Shown here piece by piece: positions 55,717 through 64,000 of a DNA stretch of 64,000 nt. How positions within the stretch are numbered: the stretch's first letter is position 1; each line of letters begins with the position of its first letter. Under the pieces are notes generated by a model. The model saw only the letters and a program-made list of their open reading frames with translations, was not told where the DNA came from and made no database searches. The DNA is from a virus. The stretch spans positions 113,376 through 177,375 of IMG/VR virus record IMGVR_UViG_3300033145_000192, one strand, 5' to 3'. A program made the translations under genes and the position numbers.

Positions 55717-55914
55717 ATGGTCCACGTTTCACCTAACATATCAAGCCCGAAACCAACCGACTGCTTCATTGTAGAGGAGCTAGGCCCGTCGAGGCTGGAG
55801 ATATGTGACCTTTGCTGGTATATGGGGGACACAAAAGAAAAACAGTGCAAGGAAGCGTTTGGCGTGATTTGCTGTCAGAAGTGTTACAAGAGTATGGCTT
55901 CCATCGAACGCTAG
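55717..55914 (+). CDS. Small Zn-finger protein
   Basis: CDLC...CCQKC, GGGAG RBS. Confidence 0.55.
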   Translation: MVHVSPNISSPKPTDCFIVEELGPSRLEICDLCWYMGDTKEKQCKEAFGVICCQKCYKSMASIER

Positions 55915-55923
55915 GAGACTCGC

Positions 55924-56352
55924 GTGAGAATCTTTGAGACGGACGGAAAGACGAATTACGTCGATACCAACGACGTGTTGGTCGGTTTCGACGCCTGGCA
56001 GAGTTGCTGCGAAACCTTTGGCCACAAGTGGGCCTATAAGCCGGAATTTCCCGATGACGACGCTGAGGATAAGCCCGAACCGGCAAACCTTGAAGCTATG
56101 GTGTTCGATACCAACTTCTTTAAGGACCATGACCACAGTTGGGGCGGTGGCGAGGTTATGTTCCGTCTGGTAGTGCCTGAGTTGCAGCGCACCCGAACCG
56201 ACGAGGAAATGCGCCGTATCCAGCGTCGATTTGCGAGCGATAAGATGCCTTTCGAGGCATACCTCATCCTCTTCAATCACCACAACGGATACTACTCTCA
56301 CGGTTTCGAACTTACCGTGGGCGGTGAGATAATCCGCGACGGTGGCATTTGA
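55924..56352 (+). CDS. Hypothetical protein
   Basis: 142 aa, AGGAG RBS. Confidence 0.65.
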   Translation: MRIFETDGKTNYVDTNDVLVGFDAWQSCCETFGHKWAYKPEFPDDDAEDKPEPANLEAMVFDTNFFKDHDHSWGGGEVMFRLVVPELQRTRTDEEMRRIQRRFASDKMPFEAYLILFNHHNGYYSHGFELTVGGEIIRDGGI

Positions 56353-56600
56353 TGTTCCCGTGGAGTTTCCACGCCTGCCCCAAATGTGGCGTGAAAGACG
56401 GCTCGCCTGACGGTAAACAATACTGTCACAAGTGCGAGATAGAGTATCAGAAGGATATGGGTGAGGAGGTTAGAGAGGCCAAGCGTCTCATTTCCGACTC
56501 ACAACGTCTCAATCCGTGAAACGATTGTAGCCAAACGGCGACAGTAGCCACGGATTCCAAAGGAGTTACGAACGGCACGAGATGTGCTTAAAGGACTACC

Positions 56601-56981
56601 ATGAGAATCAAGGTCAAGCCAAGCGGAGCAGCAACCCATACGCTCCATATCATGTTCAGAAACGGCAAGCAGCGGACATATCACGTCTATAGTGACAACA
56701 CCGCTCTCCGCACTATCGCCGTATGGACCAAGAGTGGTAATCCAGTGCCAAAGCTGATTCTCCACAGGATAACGGATATCATTGGTGACAGCCGTATGAA
56801 GTATGTCACCGGACTCCAATACCTGCTCCTGAGCGATAAGCTCTGGGAGTTTCGACACTCAAAGGGCCAGGCCGCTTTGCGAACCGCTGAGATTGCCGAG
56901 ATTTCAGTAGAGGTTGGCCTAGTAGACCCAACGGATAATCCCCTCAATGGGGCCGATTATTACGACAACCCGCTCAACTAG
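56601..56981 (+). CDS. Hypothetical protein
   Basis: 126 aa, AAGGA RBS. Confidence 0.6.
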   Translation: MRIKVKPSGAATHTLHIMFRNGKQRTYHVYSDNTALRTIAVWTKSGNPVPKLILHRITDIIGDSRMKYVTGLQYLLLSDKLWEFRHSKGQAALRTAEIAEISVEVGLVDPTDNPLNGADYYDNPLN

Positions 56982-56993
56982 GAGGCTAACGCC

Positions 56994-57179
56994 ATGCAGG
57001 AGAAAGTCATTCGAGTAAGGGATATGAGGCGACGTGTCGGGGATATCGACGCGGAGCTAAAGGTCGAAAAGAACAAGAAAGAGGTGGCCAGGCTTACGGA
57101 TGAGCAGGCCGCATTGAAGTTTGTGCTGCGAACACAGCCGATGTTCGTTGCAGACCACGCTAGTTTGGGGCCGAAATAG
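56994..57179 (+). CDS. Hypothetical coiled-coil protein
   Basis: 61 aa, AGGAGG RBS. Confidence 0.55.
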   Translation: MQEKVIRVRDMRRRVGDIDAELKVEKNKKEVARLTDEQAALKFVLRTQPMFVADHASLGPK

Positions 57180-57257
57180 TGCAGCCTGGAATCGGATTTG
57201 CTGTCCTTTTCTGTATCTGCGCTCTCGCGGTATTCCTTCTGGACATATAGGAGAAGC

Positions 57258-57467
57258 ATGATTGTTAAGAGAACGAGCCCATTCAGCGGCAAACTCAACG
57301 AGATGGATATTCCCGTCACTCAGGACCAGCTAACGGCGTGGGTTGGTGGCGAGCTTATCCAGAACGCTATGCCGAATCTTTCGGCAGACCAGCGTGAATT
57401 CATTAAGACTGGTATCACTCCTGGCGAGTGGAATAGTCTTTTCCCTGCAAACGCAGACAACAACTAG
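57258..57467 (+). CDS. Conserved phage hypothetical protein
   Basis: GELIQNAMPNLSADQREFIKTGITPGEW; AGGAG RBS. Confidence 0.7.
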   Translation: MIVKRTSPFSGKLNEMDIPVTQDQLTAWVGGELIQNAMPNLSADQREFIKTGITPGEWNSLFPANADNN

Positions 57468-57481
57468 CAAAGAGAAGCCAA

Positions 57482-58498
57482 ATGAGTAAGGATTTTGCGA
57501 ACATTGACGGAGGTTCGGCGGCTGCTTCTAGTGGCCAACGACCGTGGAACTCAAAGGGAATCAAGGTTCCCGGCCTTATGACGGTGGAAGAGGCGCTTAT
57601 TGCCGGTCGGGCAAACTGGGATGTGACTAGGGAGTCCATCATGCTTGCCGACCTCAATATGACGCCTGTGGCCGACCACTGGGCAACGTGCCGAAATGGC
57701 CCCGAAACCGACGACGACGGTGTTATCAAGAAGATTCCTCTCGGCATTGTCGGGAAGAAGTATACCATCGTTCAGAACCGTGAGGCGTTTAGCTTCTTCG
57801 ATTACGCAATCGAGGAGGGTGTCGCCTGTATCGAAACGGTGGGCGTGCTCGGTAACGGTCAGACCGTTTTCGCCGTGGCAAAGCTGCCCAAGACTTTCGA
57901 GCCCACGCCGGGTGACCCGATTGAGGCGTATATCCTTCTGATTACCACCCACGATGGTAGCGGAAGTATTCAGGCGCTTTTCATGCCTTACCGGCTTTCC
58001 TGCACCAATATGCTCATCGGAGTAATGAAGGGTGCGAAGAACATCGTGAAGATTCGCCATACCAAGAGCGCACAGTCGCGCCTGAAGATGGCTCACGAAC
58101 TCATGGGCGTTTCGGACGCATACTGGACAAACCTGGCTGCCTGCTATAGCAAGCTCGCCATGTCCAACATGGTCCGTCTGGACGTTATCGAATTCATCAA
58201 GAAGCTCTTTCCTGGGCAGATGAAGGAGATTGTCAAGAATGGTGTGGCAAAGAAGGAGGAGGTTGTTTCGACTCGGACGAAGAACAACCGTCTCAAGGTT
58301 TTCGGGCTTTACGAGGGTGAGGCCAAGGGTTCTCGGTTCGCTCCTGGGACAAAGTGGCAGGCGTTCAACGCTGTCACTGAGTATATCGACCACGAGCGGT
58401 CAATTCGTAAGACCTCGAACGCATGGGAGTCGAGTGTCTTTGGTAGCCAGGCGCAGAATATGCGTCAGAAGGCCCTTAACCTTCTGCTCGCGCCGTAA
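57482..58498 (+). CDS. DUF932 / TIGR03299-family phage-plasmid protein
   Basis: LGIVGKKYTIVQNREAFSFFD, ETVGVLGNG, THDGSGS, RLSCTN, IRHTKSA, GTKWQAFNAVTEYIDH. Confidence 0.8.
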   Translation: MSKDFANIDGGSAAASSGQRPWNSKGIKVPGLMTVEEALIAGRANWDVTRESIMLADLNMTPVADHWATCRNGPETDDDGVIKKIPLGIVGKKYTIVQNREAFSFFDYAIEEGVACIETVGVLGNGQTVFAVAKLPKTFEPTPGDPIEAYILLITTHDGSGSIQALFMPYRLSCTNMLIGVMKGAKNIVKIRHTKSAQSRLKMAHELMGVSDAYWTNLAACYSKLAMSNMVRLDVIEFIKKLFPGQMKEIVKNGVAKKEEVVSTRTKNNRLKVFGLYEGEAKGSRFAPGTKWQAFNAVTEYIDHERSIRKTSNAWESSVFGSQAQNMRQKALNLLLAP

Positions 58499-58502
58499 AC
58501 CA

Positions 58503-58697
58503 ATGACCGACGAACAGAAAAAGTGGATTGATAACGCTAGCTATACAGCCCTGCTGAGACGTTGGAGATTTGCGCCATCAGAGGATGGGATATTCCAAGG
58601 CGAAACCGGGCAGTATTACTGCAAGGTCATAGCCAAGCGTAAAGCAGAGGTTGGCCAAGCGGCGCATGTCAAGGCCAGTAAGTCGATTGGTTGGTAG
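58503..58697 (+). CDS. Conserved phage hypothetical protein
   Basis: MTDEQKKWIDNASYTALLRRWRFAP...FQGETGQY. Confidence 0.65.
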   Translation: MTDEQKKWIDNASYTALLRRWRFAPSEDGIFQGETGQYYCKVIAKRKAEVGQAAHVKASKSIGW

Positions 58698-58819
58698 CCT
58701 AAGTAGTATTGGTCGGGAAACGGCTAGGGTCAAACGTAGCTGACTCTGCGGAAATGCGAGCGAGGGGCTTCTTCCGCAATCAAAACAAACCAAACTAAAC
58801 AACGAACCTAGGAGTTAAC

Positions 58820-59314
58820 ATGAGTTACAGCAATTTGAAGGAAGCACTGAAGGACTTGGAGACGGACCAGGTGGTTATCGTGTTGGATACCACCGGAGAC
58901 GAGGACCACAAGGTTACCTTGCACCTTTGCCCCGATGGGCTCAAGTATGTGCTTGAGCAGGCCGAGGAGCATATGAACCTGGACGGTTCCGCCCTTTCGG
59001 AGCTTTGCCCGCAACTGAAGGATATCGACCTCACCGACCTCGTTCTCAAGGCCATTACTAATGGCAGCGTTGAGATTGAGGATTTGCTCGAAAGTATCGA
59101 GGAGGCTACCGAGGAGGGAACTGATAACGCGGTTGCGGTTCTGAAGAACCCCCAAGTTGGCGACAAGGTTACCGCCACCCGAGAGGTTACGTCGGTGTAT
59201 GGCTATGGAATCGACCGCACCGTCCAGTTCCGTGACGACCACGGCAAGTATTCGACCGTAAAGCTCAAGTCTTGGCAGGGCTACGGCAACAAGCGAAAGG
59301 TCTCCCGCAAGTAA
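58820..59314 (+). CDS. Hypothetical protein
   Basis: 164 aa, AGGAG RBS. Confidence 0.65.
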   Translation: MSYSNLKEALKDLETDQVVIVLDTTGDEDHKVTLHLCPDGLKYVLEQAEEHMNLDGSALSELCPQLKDIDLTDLVLKAITNGSVEIEDLLESIEEATEEGTDNAVAVLKNPQVGDKVTATREVTSVYGYGIDRTVQFRDDHGKYSTVKLKSWQGYGNKRKVSRK

Positions 59315-59351
59315 TCCACTCCCGCCACAACCACTTACCTGGAGGTAAACG

Positions 59352-59555
59352 ATGAAGGGTGACAAGCGATTGATTTGTGTCCGTTACATCGCGACCGGAC
59401 GACCGGCGCGTATTCCCCGGAACAGCGCAGAGCAGCTAGTTCTGGATAACGAAGTGGCCTACATTAGTAGGTCGGAGTGGAGGCTTGCCACTGGAAGGAA
59501 ACTCACGAAGGCCCAAGAGGCTGACCTGAAGTTTAGAAAGAACAAGGGGCGCTAA
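59352..59555 (+). CDS. Small basic hypothetical protein
   Basis: 67 aa, GGAGG RBS. Confidence 0.6.
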   Translation: MKGDKRLICVRYIATGRPARIPRNSAEQLVLDNEVAYISRSEWRLATGRKLTKAQEADLKFRKNKGR

Positions 59556-59619
59556 TCAGGGGTGGTTTGGCGTTCCAACACGGTTGACAGTTATCCGTGA
59601 TTGTTTGAAACTGTCACTT

Positions 59620-59751
59620 AGTAGAGTAGCATAAGTGAATGCTATCGGCTGACCCCGTCATAGTTTGAACGGCAATAATGTATCTGTGGGTGAACGGTTA
59701 GTTGCCGCTGGTCAGAACCGAAGGATTTAGGTGCAAGTCCTAACTCTGCTG
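59620..59751 (+). tRNA. tRNA-Asn-like shell with a 69-nt domain replacing the anticodon loop
   Basis: AGTAGAG/CTCTGCT-G, GCAT/ATGC, TCGG/CCGA, TTAGG-TGCAAGT-CCTAA; insert closed by CTGACC/GGTCAG. Confidence 0.85.
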
Positions 59752-59769
59752 TAACAATGAGAGGTAAAC

Positions 59770-60249
59770 ATGCAAAATCTAGCAGGCCACGTCCGTTCCA
59801 CTGAAATCATCACGCACGAACTAACCCGCTGTGGTATTGAAATTGTAGAGAGCGACAAGCCTCTAGGTGAGCCAAAGTCAATGGTAAAGGGTAAGCTAGG
59901 TAACTTTGATTTCCAGCGTGCCTGGTATTACTGGATGGTTAAGGGCTTGGTGCCAATGAACGTGGCCAATGAGCTTTATGCGAACAGAATCGGACGCACC
60001 GATATCCGCTCTGGCGGGCATTGTGGCTGCCCGTCTCCAAGTGAGTATGGCGCAGAACGCTTCAATCCCAAGACTGGTATCAGAATGACCGGAACAAGGG
60101 AGGCTAAGGAGTATCCCGACGCCGTTAAGAGCCTTGGCTGGGAAGTAAACGACGAGGGTGGCGAAATGTTCGTTACCTCGTATCACATTGACTCCGAACT
60201 GGGGCTCTACTTGTTCGTTGAGGCGCTAAAGAAGCACAAACTGGTATGA
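59770..60249 (+). CDS. Hypothetical protein
   Basis: 159 aa, GAGG RBS. Confidence 0.65.
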   Translation: MQNLAGHVRSTEIITHELTRCGIEIVESDKPLGEPKSMVKGKLGNFDFQRAWYYWMVKGLVPMNVANELYANRIGRTDIRSGGHCGCPSPSEYGAERFNPKTGIRMTGTREAKEYPDAVKSLGWEVNDEGGEMFVTSYHIDSELGLYLFVEALKKHKLV

Positions 60250-60452
60250 GCGTCCAGCTAACAATCAATAAGTGTGGTGAATGCCCACACAAGCACTCTA
60301 AGCGCCAATACACCGCAGACTCGTGGGAACATGCGTCCGAGTGGCTTTGTAGGGCAGCGGACGACAAGCAAATTGCGGGATACATTGAATGGTCACGCGA
60401 TGAGCCAAAAAAGATACCAGAGTGGTGTCCACTGAGGAAGGCAAAGCCGTGA
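60246..60452 (+). CDS. Small Cys-containing protein
   Basis: CGECPH...IPEWCPL; ATGA overlap. Confidence 0.6.
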   Translation: MSVQLTINKCGECPHKHSKRQYTADSWEHASEWLCRAADDKQIAGYIEWSRDEPKKIPEWCPLRKAKP

Positions 60453-60772
60453 TTGACCACAACTTTTCTGTAAGGATTAACCAATGCTTTGCTCGGTTTG
60501 AGGCAAACCTCTACCTTCACAATGACGAGTTTCGTGATGTTATCCATGATTACTTCACGGAATCCCCAGGCTGGGACGAATACCGCGTTAGTCCAATGGA
60601 GTGGGCATACAGGATTCCACCACATCTCTGGGACGAGCTAGTTACCCTTAAGACTAAGGAAGAAGCAGAACGGGCATATCACAAGGCTCGCAATCTAACC
60701 TCCCAAGAGTTTGAAGCTATGGACATTGCGACCTGGCAACTCGGAGGAAACCTGCCACCGGCATCTTACTAA
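60449..60772 (+). CDS. Hypothetical protein
   Basis: GTGA overlap. Confidence 0.55.
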   Translation: MIDHNFSVRINQCFARFEANLYLHNDEFRDVIHDYFTESPGWDEYRVSPMEWAYRIPPHLWDELVTLKTKEEAERAYHKARNLTSQEFEAMDIATWQLGGNLPPASY

Positions 60773-60802
60773 GGGGGTCACCCCGGACTTATAGGAGAAA
60801 CA

Positions 60803-61549
60803 ATGCGCCCAGTAAATAGATGTAAAGCGGAAATCATGCAGCGCATTAAAGCTGACCCATACTGGCTTGAGGTATTCACGCTTGTCCAGAAGAATGTGTC
60901 TGGTAAGTTCTATCTCGTCGGTGGGAAGCTATACAGGACTGCCCTAGAGGTAATCTATGGGATTGACGCTGGTAGCGCCACGGCTGATTGGGATTTCCTG
61001 GCCCTAAAGGTTGAGGCTCAACGTATGAGGCTCGCTAGTGGGTGGAGGTTTGCTCGTTTTCCAGATAGGCACGAAGATGAGGCTTATCCAGAAGAACTAA
61101 CTAAGCGCAGCGCGAGGCTAGAAAAGCATGAAACGCGCAATGCGGTCGAGTTTATCGTATCGTTTGGTAGGCTAAGAGCACCAAAGGTGGTGTGCAAGCT
61201 AGACATCATTGATGTGCGCGATACTCAGAACTACAGGAAACCATCGCTCGACGTTGCTGGATACTTTGACGCGGTTCCAGCCTCCATTCAGGCAATCGCG
61301 TATGACTTCCATAAGGACGAGATAATCGGTGACAGAGGCATTTGGTCTATTATGAACAAAGCCATCTTTGTCAACCCGACGTTCAACATACGCAGAGAAA
61401 ACTACCGTAGCCCTTCACAGTGGAGGACTTACTTCAATAAAAAGGTGCAAACAACGGGCTGTAAGCTATTGACTGGCAAACATACCTGTTACTGCTACCC
61501 AGAGAATCACGCGATGCTCGCTTGGGGCTGTAAGTGTGGAGGGGCCTAA
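60803..61549 (+). CDS. CCA-adding / poly(A) polymerase-like nucleotidyltransferase head domain
   Basis: FYLVGGKLYR, ADWDF, SIQAIAYD resemble class II NTase motifs. Confidence 0.55.
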   Translation: MRPVNRCKAEIMQRIKADPYWLEVFTLVQKNVSGKFYLVGGKLYRTALEVIYGIDAGSATADWDFLALKVEAQRMRLASGWRFARFPDRHEDEAYPEELTKRSARLEKHETRNAVEFIVSFGRLRAPKVVCKLDIIDVRDTQNYRKPSLDVAGYFDAVPASIQAIAYDFHKDEIIGDRGIWSIMNKAIFVNPTFNIRRENYRSPSQWRTYFNKKVQTTGCKLLTGKHTCYCYPENHAMLAWGCKCGGA

Positions 61550-62301
61550 TGGACGAAGCAACAATTCTGAAATACACAGTCTTTAACGTCGTTCACGGCT
61601 CTCGCGCATACGGGACTCACACTCCTAGTAGTGACTATGACGAGAAGGGAATTGCGGTCATTCCTATTCCCAAATACTACTTCGGGTTTACTAAGTTTGA
61701 GCAAAAGGACTCAGGCTGGGCTGATGGCTCTGATAGGGTGATTTACGACGTGCGCAAGTTCTTCAAGCTGGCGCTATCGTGCAACCCGAATATCATCGAA
61801 GTTCTCTATGTCCCGAAGGACAACATCAAGCTCATGGATTTCACAGGCACACGTATTAGGGGGTTCCGCGACCGCTTCCTTTCTAGGAAGGCGCACGCAA
61901 CATTCTCTGGATATGCCGTCGCTCAAATGCGAAGGATTGAAAGAAGGATGAAAAGCCTTGGCACCTATGGTGTTTGTGATTGCCCTGGCAACCCGAAGAT
62001 TTGGAAACACGCCGCGCATATCATTCGCCTGTGCCGTATGGGTGAGGAAATCCTGCGCGATGGAGAGGTAAACGTCGCCCGTAAGGACGCGGATTATCTT
62101 CTCAAAATCCGACGCGGAGAGGTTCCGCTTTCAGAGATAATGAAAGAAGGCCGCGAAAGGCTGGAGATTATCGACTCACTGGTAGATAAATCTCCTTTGC
62201 CCGAACAGCCTGATTTCGACAATGCAGAGCAACTGCTAGTTGATATCATCCAAGACGCGCTAAGAACGCAACGAAGGAGAGTTTTGAATGACCGACCCTA
62301 A
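61549..62301 (+). CDS. Pol-beta-superfamily nucleotidyltransferase (RlaP / Nuc-transf-like)
   Basis: HGSRAYGTHTPSSDYDEKGI, YDVRKFFKLALSCNPNIIEVLY, KHAAHIIRL. Confidence 0.85.
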   Translation: MDEATILKYTVFNVVHGSRAYGTHTPSSDYDEKGIAVIPIPKYYFGFTKFEQKDSGWADGSDRVIYDVRKFFKLALSCNPNIIEVLYVPKDNIKLMDFTGTRIRGFRDRFLSRKAHATFSGYAVAQMRRIERRMKSLGTYGVCDCPGNPKIWKHAAHIIRLCRMGEEILRDGEVNVARKDADYLLKIRRGEVPLSEIMKEGRERLEIIDSLVDKSPLPEQPDFDNAEQLLVDIIQDALRTQRRRVLNDRP

Positions 62302-62545
62302 GCCCAAGAAGGACGAGAAGGACGTTGAGCCCAAGAAGGAAACGAAGCCTCGAAAGTCTCGATATGAGACCGACCCTGATTGGCGTGCTGCCGACGATAT
62401 GGCCACTGGCATTGTCGTGGGTAGGGACAAGTCCAATCCTTATAGGGATGAGGATGAGATGATTGAGGAGCGGCGTTTTCTCCGAGAGGACCTTTATTAC
62501 GACCGCATGGAGCGAAGGGAGCGCAGTAGATATGGACGCTACTAA
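62288..62545 (+). CDS. Hypothetical protein
   Basis: 85 aa, AAGGAG RBS. Confidence 0.6.
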   Translation: MTDPKPKKDEKDVEPKKETKPRKSRYETDPDWRAADDMATGIVVGRDKSNPYRDEDEMIEERRFLREDLYYDRMERRERSRYGRY

Positions 62546-62714
62546 GGCTCTGGGCGCTATTCAGGAGATTCTCTTCAATCGTCAGCATGACGAGAGTTGC
62601 GAGGGCACAAAGCTCTGGGGCATTCATAACATCGTGAAGCTATGCAATCTTCCCCCGAAGGCTGCATGTAAGCAGCACGGAGTAGAATACTGTAAGCTGT
62701 GCCACGAGGCGTGA
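62532..62714 (+). CDS. Hypothetical protein
   Basis: From MDATK. Confidence 0.5.
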   Translation: MDATKALGAIQEILFNRQHDESCEGTKLWGIHNIVKLCNLPPKAACKQHGVEYCKLCHEA

Positions 62715-62752
62715 GAATCAAATGCTCAAGGCCGGTAATGTCAAAGGAGGGA

Positions 62753-62914
62753 ATGAGGGAACTCGTTTTCTTCTTTGATACAGAGACACTAGAGTTTGTC
62801 TTTGACGAAGCCGACACTGAGCTACTCTCGGAAATCTATATGGGCAGCGCCCAAGATATCCCAGAAATGGCCGAATACAAACAGGAGCAAGACGATGGAG
62901 CGGTTCTTTACTGA
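62753..62914 (+). CDS. Small acidic hypothetical protein
   Basis: AGGAGG RBS. Confidence 0.5.
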   Translation: MRELVFFFDTETLEFVFDEADTELLSEIYMGSAQDIPEMAEYKQEQDDGAVLY

Positions 62915-63134
62915 TGATGAAGAATGGACGCGAGATGCACATGACTTGCACTTTCGTCTTAAGATGGATGCAGAAGCTATAGTGCGTGACTATCCAGAGC
63001 ATAACTTGCGAGAGTTGCTCTATATTATGCAATCGGCTGTTACTGACGCTGTGCATACTGCTATTATTCGTCGCCGCCTTTCGCCACCTTGCCCGAAAAA
63101 CTCCGAGGTGGAATCGTCACAAGTCGAGCCCTAG
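62895..63134 (+). CDS. Hypothetical protein
   Basis: AGGAG RBS, MERFFTDD. Confidence 0.55.
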   Translation: MERFFTDDEEWTRDAHDLHFRLKMDAEAIVRDYPEHNLRELLYIMQSAVTDAVHTAIIRRRLSPPCPKNSEVESSQVEP

Positions 63135-63198
63135 CAGGGGTTTACGACATATTTCTTTCAGAAAAAACTAGGTAGAACTTCTGAAAAACGGAGCTAAG

Positions 63199-63417
63199 AT
63201 GACTGATAAGGCCAGACTCGACCAGGCACGCCAATTACTCAACAAACACGGTATTCACCGAGGTATGACCGTCGAAGATAAAGACGGTAAAGGTGAGTTC
63301 GGATATGTGAGTGGCACGGGTCATCTTATCTTCTACGAGGTAGGCTGCTGCAATATGCAGGATAGCTGGGCTATGACGCCCGAGAATGCCGAGAAAGCCT
63401 ATTTCCCCACAGAGTAG
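63199..63417 (+). CDS. Hypothetical protein
   Basis: 72 aa, GGAG RBS. Confidence 0.6.
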   Translation: MTDKARLDQARQLLNKHGIHRGMTVEDKDGKGEFGYVSGTGHLIFYEVGCCNMQDSWAMTPENAEKAYFPTE

Positions 63418-63474
63418 ATTAAGTCTAGGTGCCATAGGCATTTAGGTTTCTACAGAGTAGATACTGGAGTAGAG

Positions 63475-63705
63475 ATGGCAAAGAAAGAAAAGATGTGTCC
63501 ACAACCCGCGACTAAGGTCGGCTGGGTATCGAAGGAAAAGAAGGGCTCATACCTCAAGAGGGCTTACTGTCCTACTTGCAAACGGCACCTAGAAACTTAC
63601 CTAGAATTGTGCCACGATGGCTGTTGCTTCTCTGTAATGATTCCGCCCCACAAACGCAAGGGTTGGTGGAAGAAGGGCAAGAAACAGTCAAAACAAGGAA
63701 AGTAA
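63475..63705 (+). CDS. Small basic Cys-containing protein
   Basis: 76 aa, GGAG RBS. Confidence 0.55.
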   Translation: MAKKEKMCPQPATKVGWVSKEKKGSYLKRAYCPTCKRHLETYLELCHDGCCFSVMIPPHKRKGWWKKGKKQSKQGK

Positions 63706-63855
63706 ATGTCAAAACAAAACTGTTGGCTAACAAACACCTGGTATTGCCGCGTGAAGAAATCAATGAAGCGCGACACCTCAAAGGCTCGTCGTCGTTGGGG
63801 TAAAGCTGTTGTGAAGCAGCAACAAGGGTTGCCAGCAAGAGAAAAGAAAAGCTGA
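63706..63855 (+). CDS. Small basic protein (49 aa; not in ORF track)
   Basis: Abuts the upstream stop; AAGGA RBS. Confidence 0.4.
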   Translation: MSKQNCWLTNTWYCRVKKSMKRDTSKARRRWGKAVVKQQQGLPAREKKS

Positions 63856-63908
63856 CGGGTTGCACCTAATGTAACCCGCCGATATTGAGGGCCATAGGAG
63901 CCAAAAGA

Positions 63909-64000
63909 ATGAAACGCTACAAGGTCTTTGATATTCACTGGGACACGGACGGTTTCGACCGTGACGTGCTTGAACTACCCCAAGAGGTTGCCGTCTCTAT
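63909..64000 (+). CDS. Hypothetical protein (partial, runs off the right edge)
   Basis: AGGAG RBS, MKRYKVFDIHWDTDG. Confidence 0.55.
   Translation, partial: MKRYKVFDIHWDTDGFDRDVLELPQEVAVS

Noticed and set aside
59644-59722. Archaeal-type bulge-helix-bulge intron
   Set aside because: The bulge geometry does not fit, and excision at 37/38 would leave a pyrimidine at position 37.
53934-59743. Twister-sister ribozymes suggested by GGTGCAAGTCC loops
   Set aside because: Both loops sit at the T-arm position of complete cloverleaves; other twister-sister elements are not seen.

Overview
This is a 64-kb piece of a large tailed dsDNA phage genome with two divergent arms. Left arm (1-34.5 kb, minus strand): a complete virion module with a >2300-codon tape measure gene (split by a frameshift and running off the window edge), tail tube, neck proteins, four paralogous fibre proteins, major capsid, prohead protease, portal and terminase. 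It also carries a sigma-like factor, a class II ribonucleotide reductase and a release factor. Right arm (34.6-64 kb, plus strand): about 70 small early/middle genes interleaved with an unusual amount of non-coding structure. Best leads: (1) an ORF-free, ~880-nt highly structured RNA (40.54-41.42 kb) between a sigma54-type promoter and a terminator, with its two ends base-paired; (2) an RF1-type (PPT/GGQ) release factor gene that needs a prfB-style +1 frameshift at AGGAG-CAT-CTT-TAG-C, i.e. gated by UAG instead of UGA; (3) about nine tRNA-shaped elements with destroyed or greatly enlarged loops, plus isolated T-loop hairpins between the first early genes, against only one canonical tRNA (Lys-UUU); (4) a 4-kb array of an 11-bp-periodic TGANACGCAWW motif written through coding sequence, whose paired copies also sit upstream of sigma54-type promoters; (5) a twister ribozyme. 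All calls come from manual reading with no database searches, so protein names are family-level and many start codons are my estimates.
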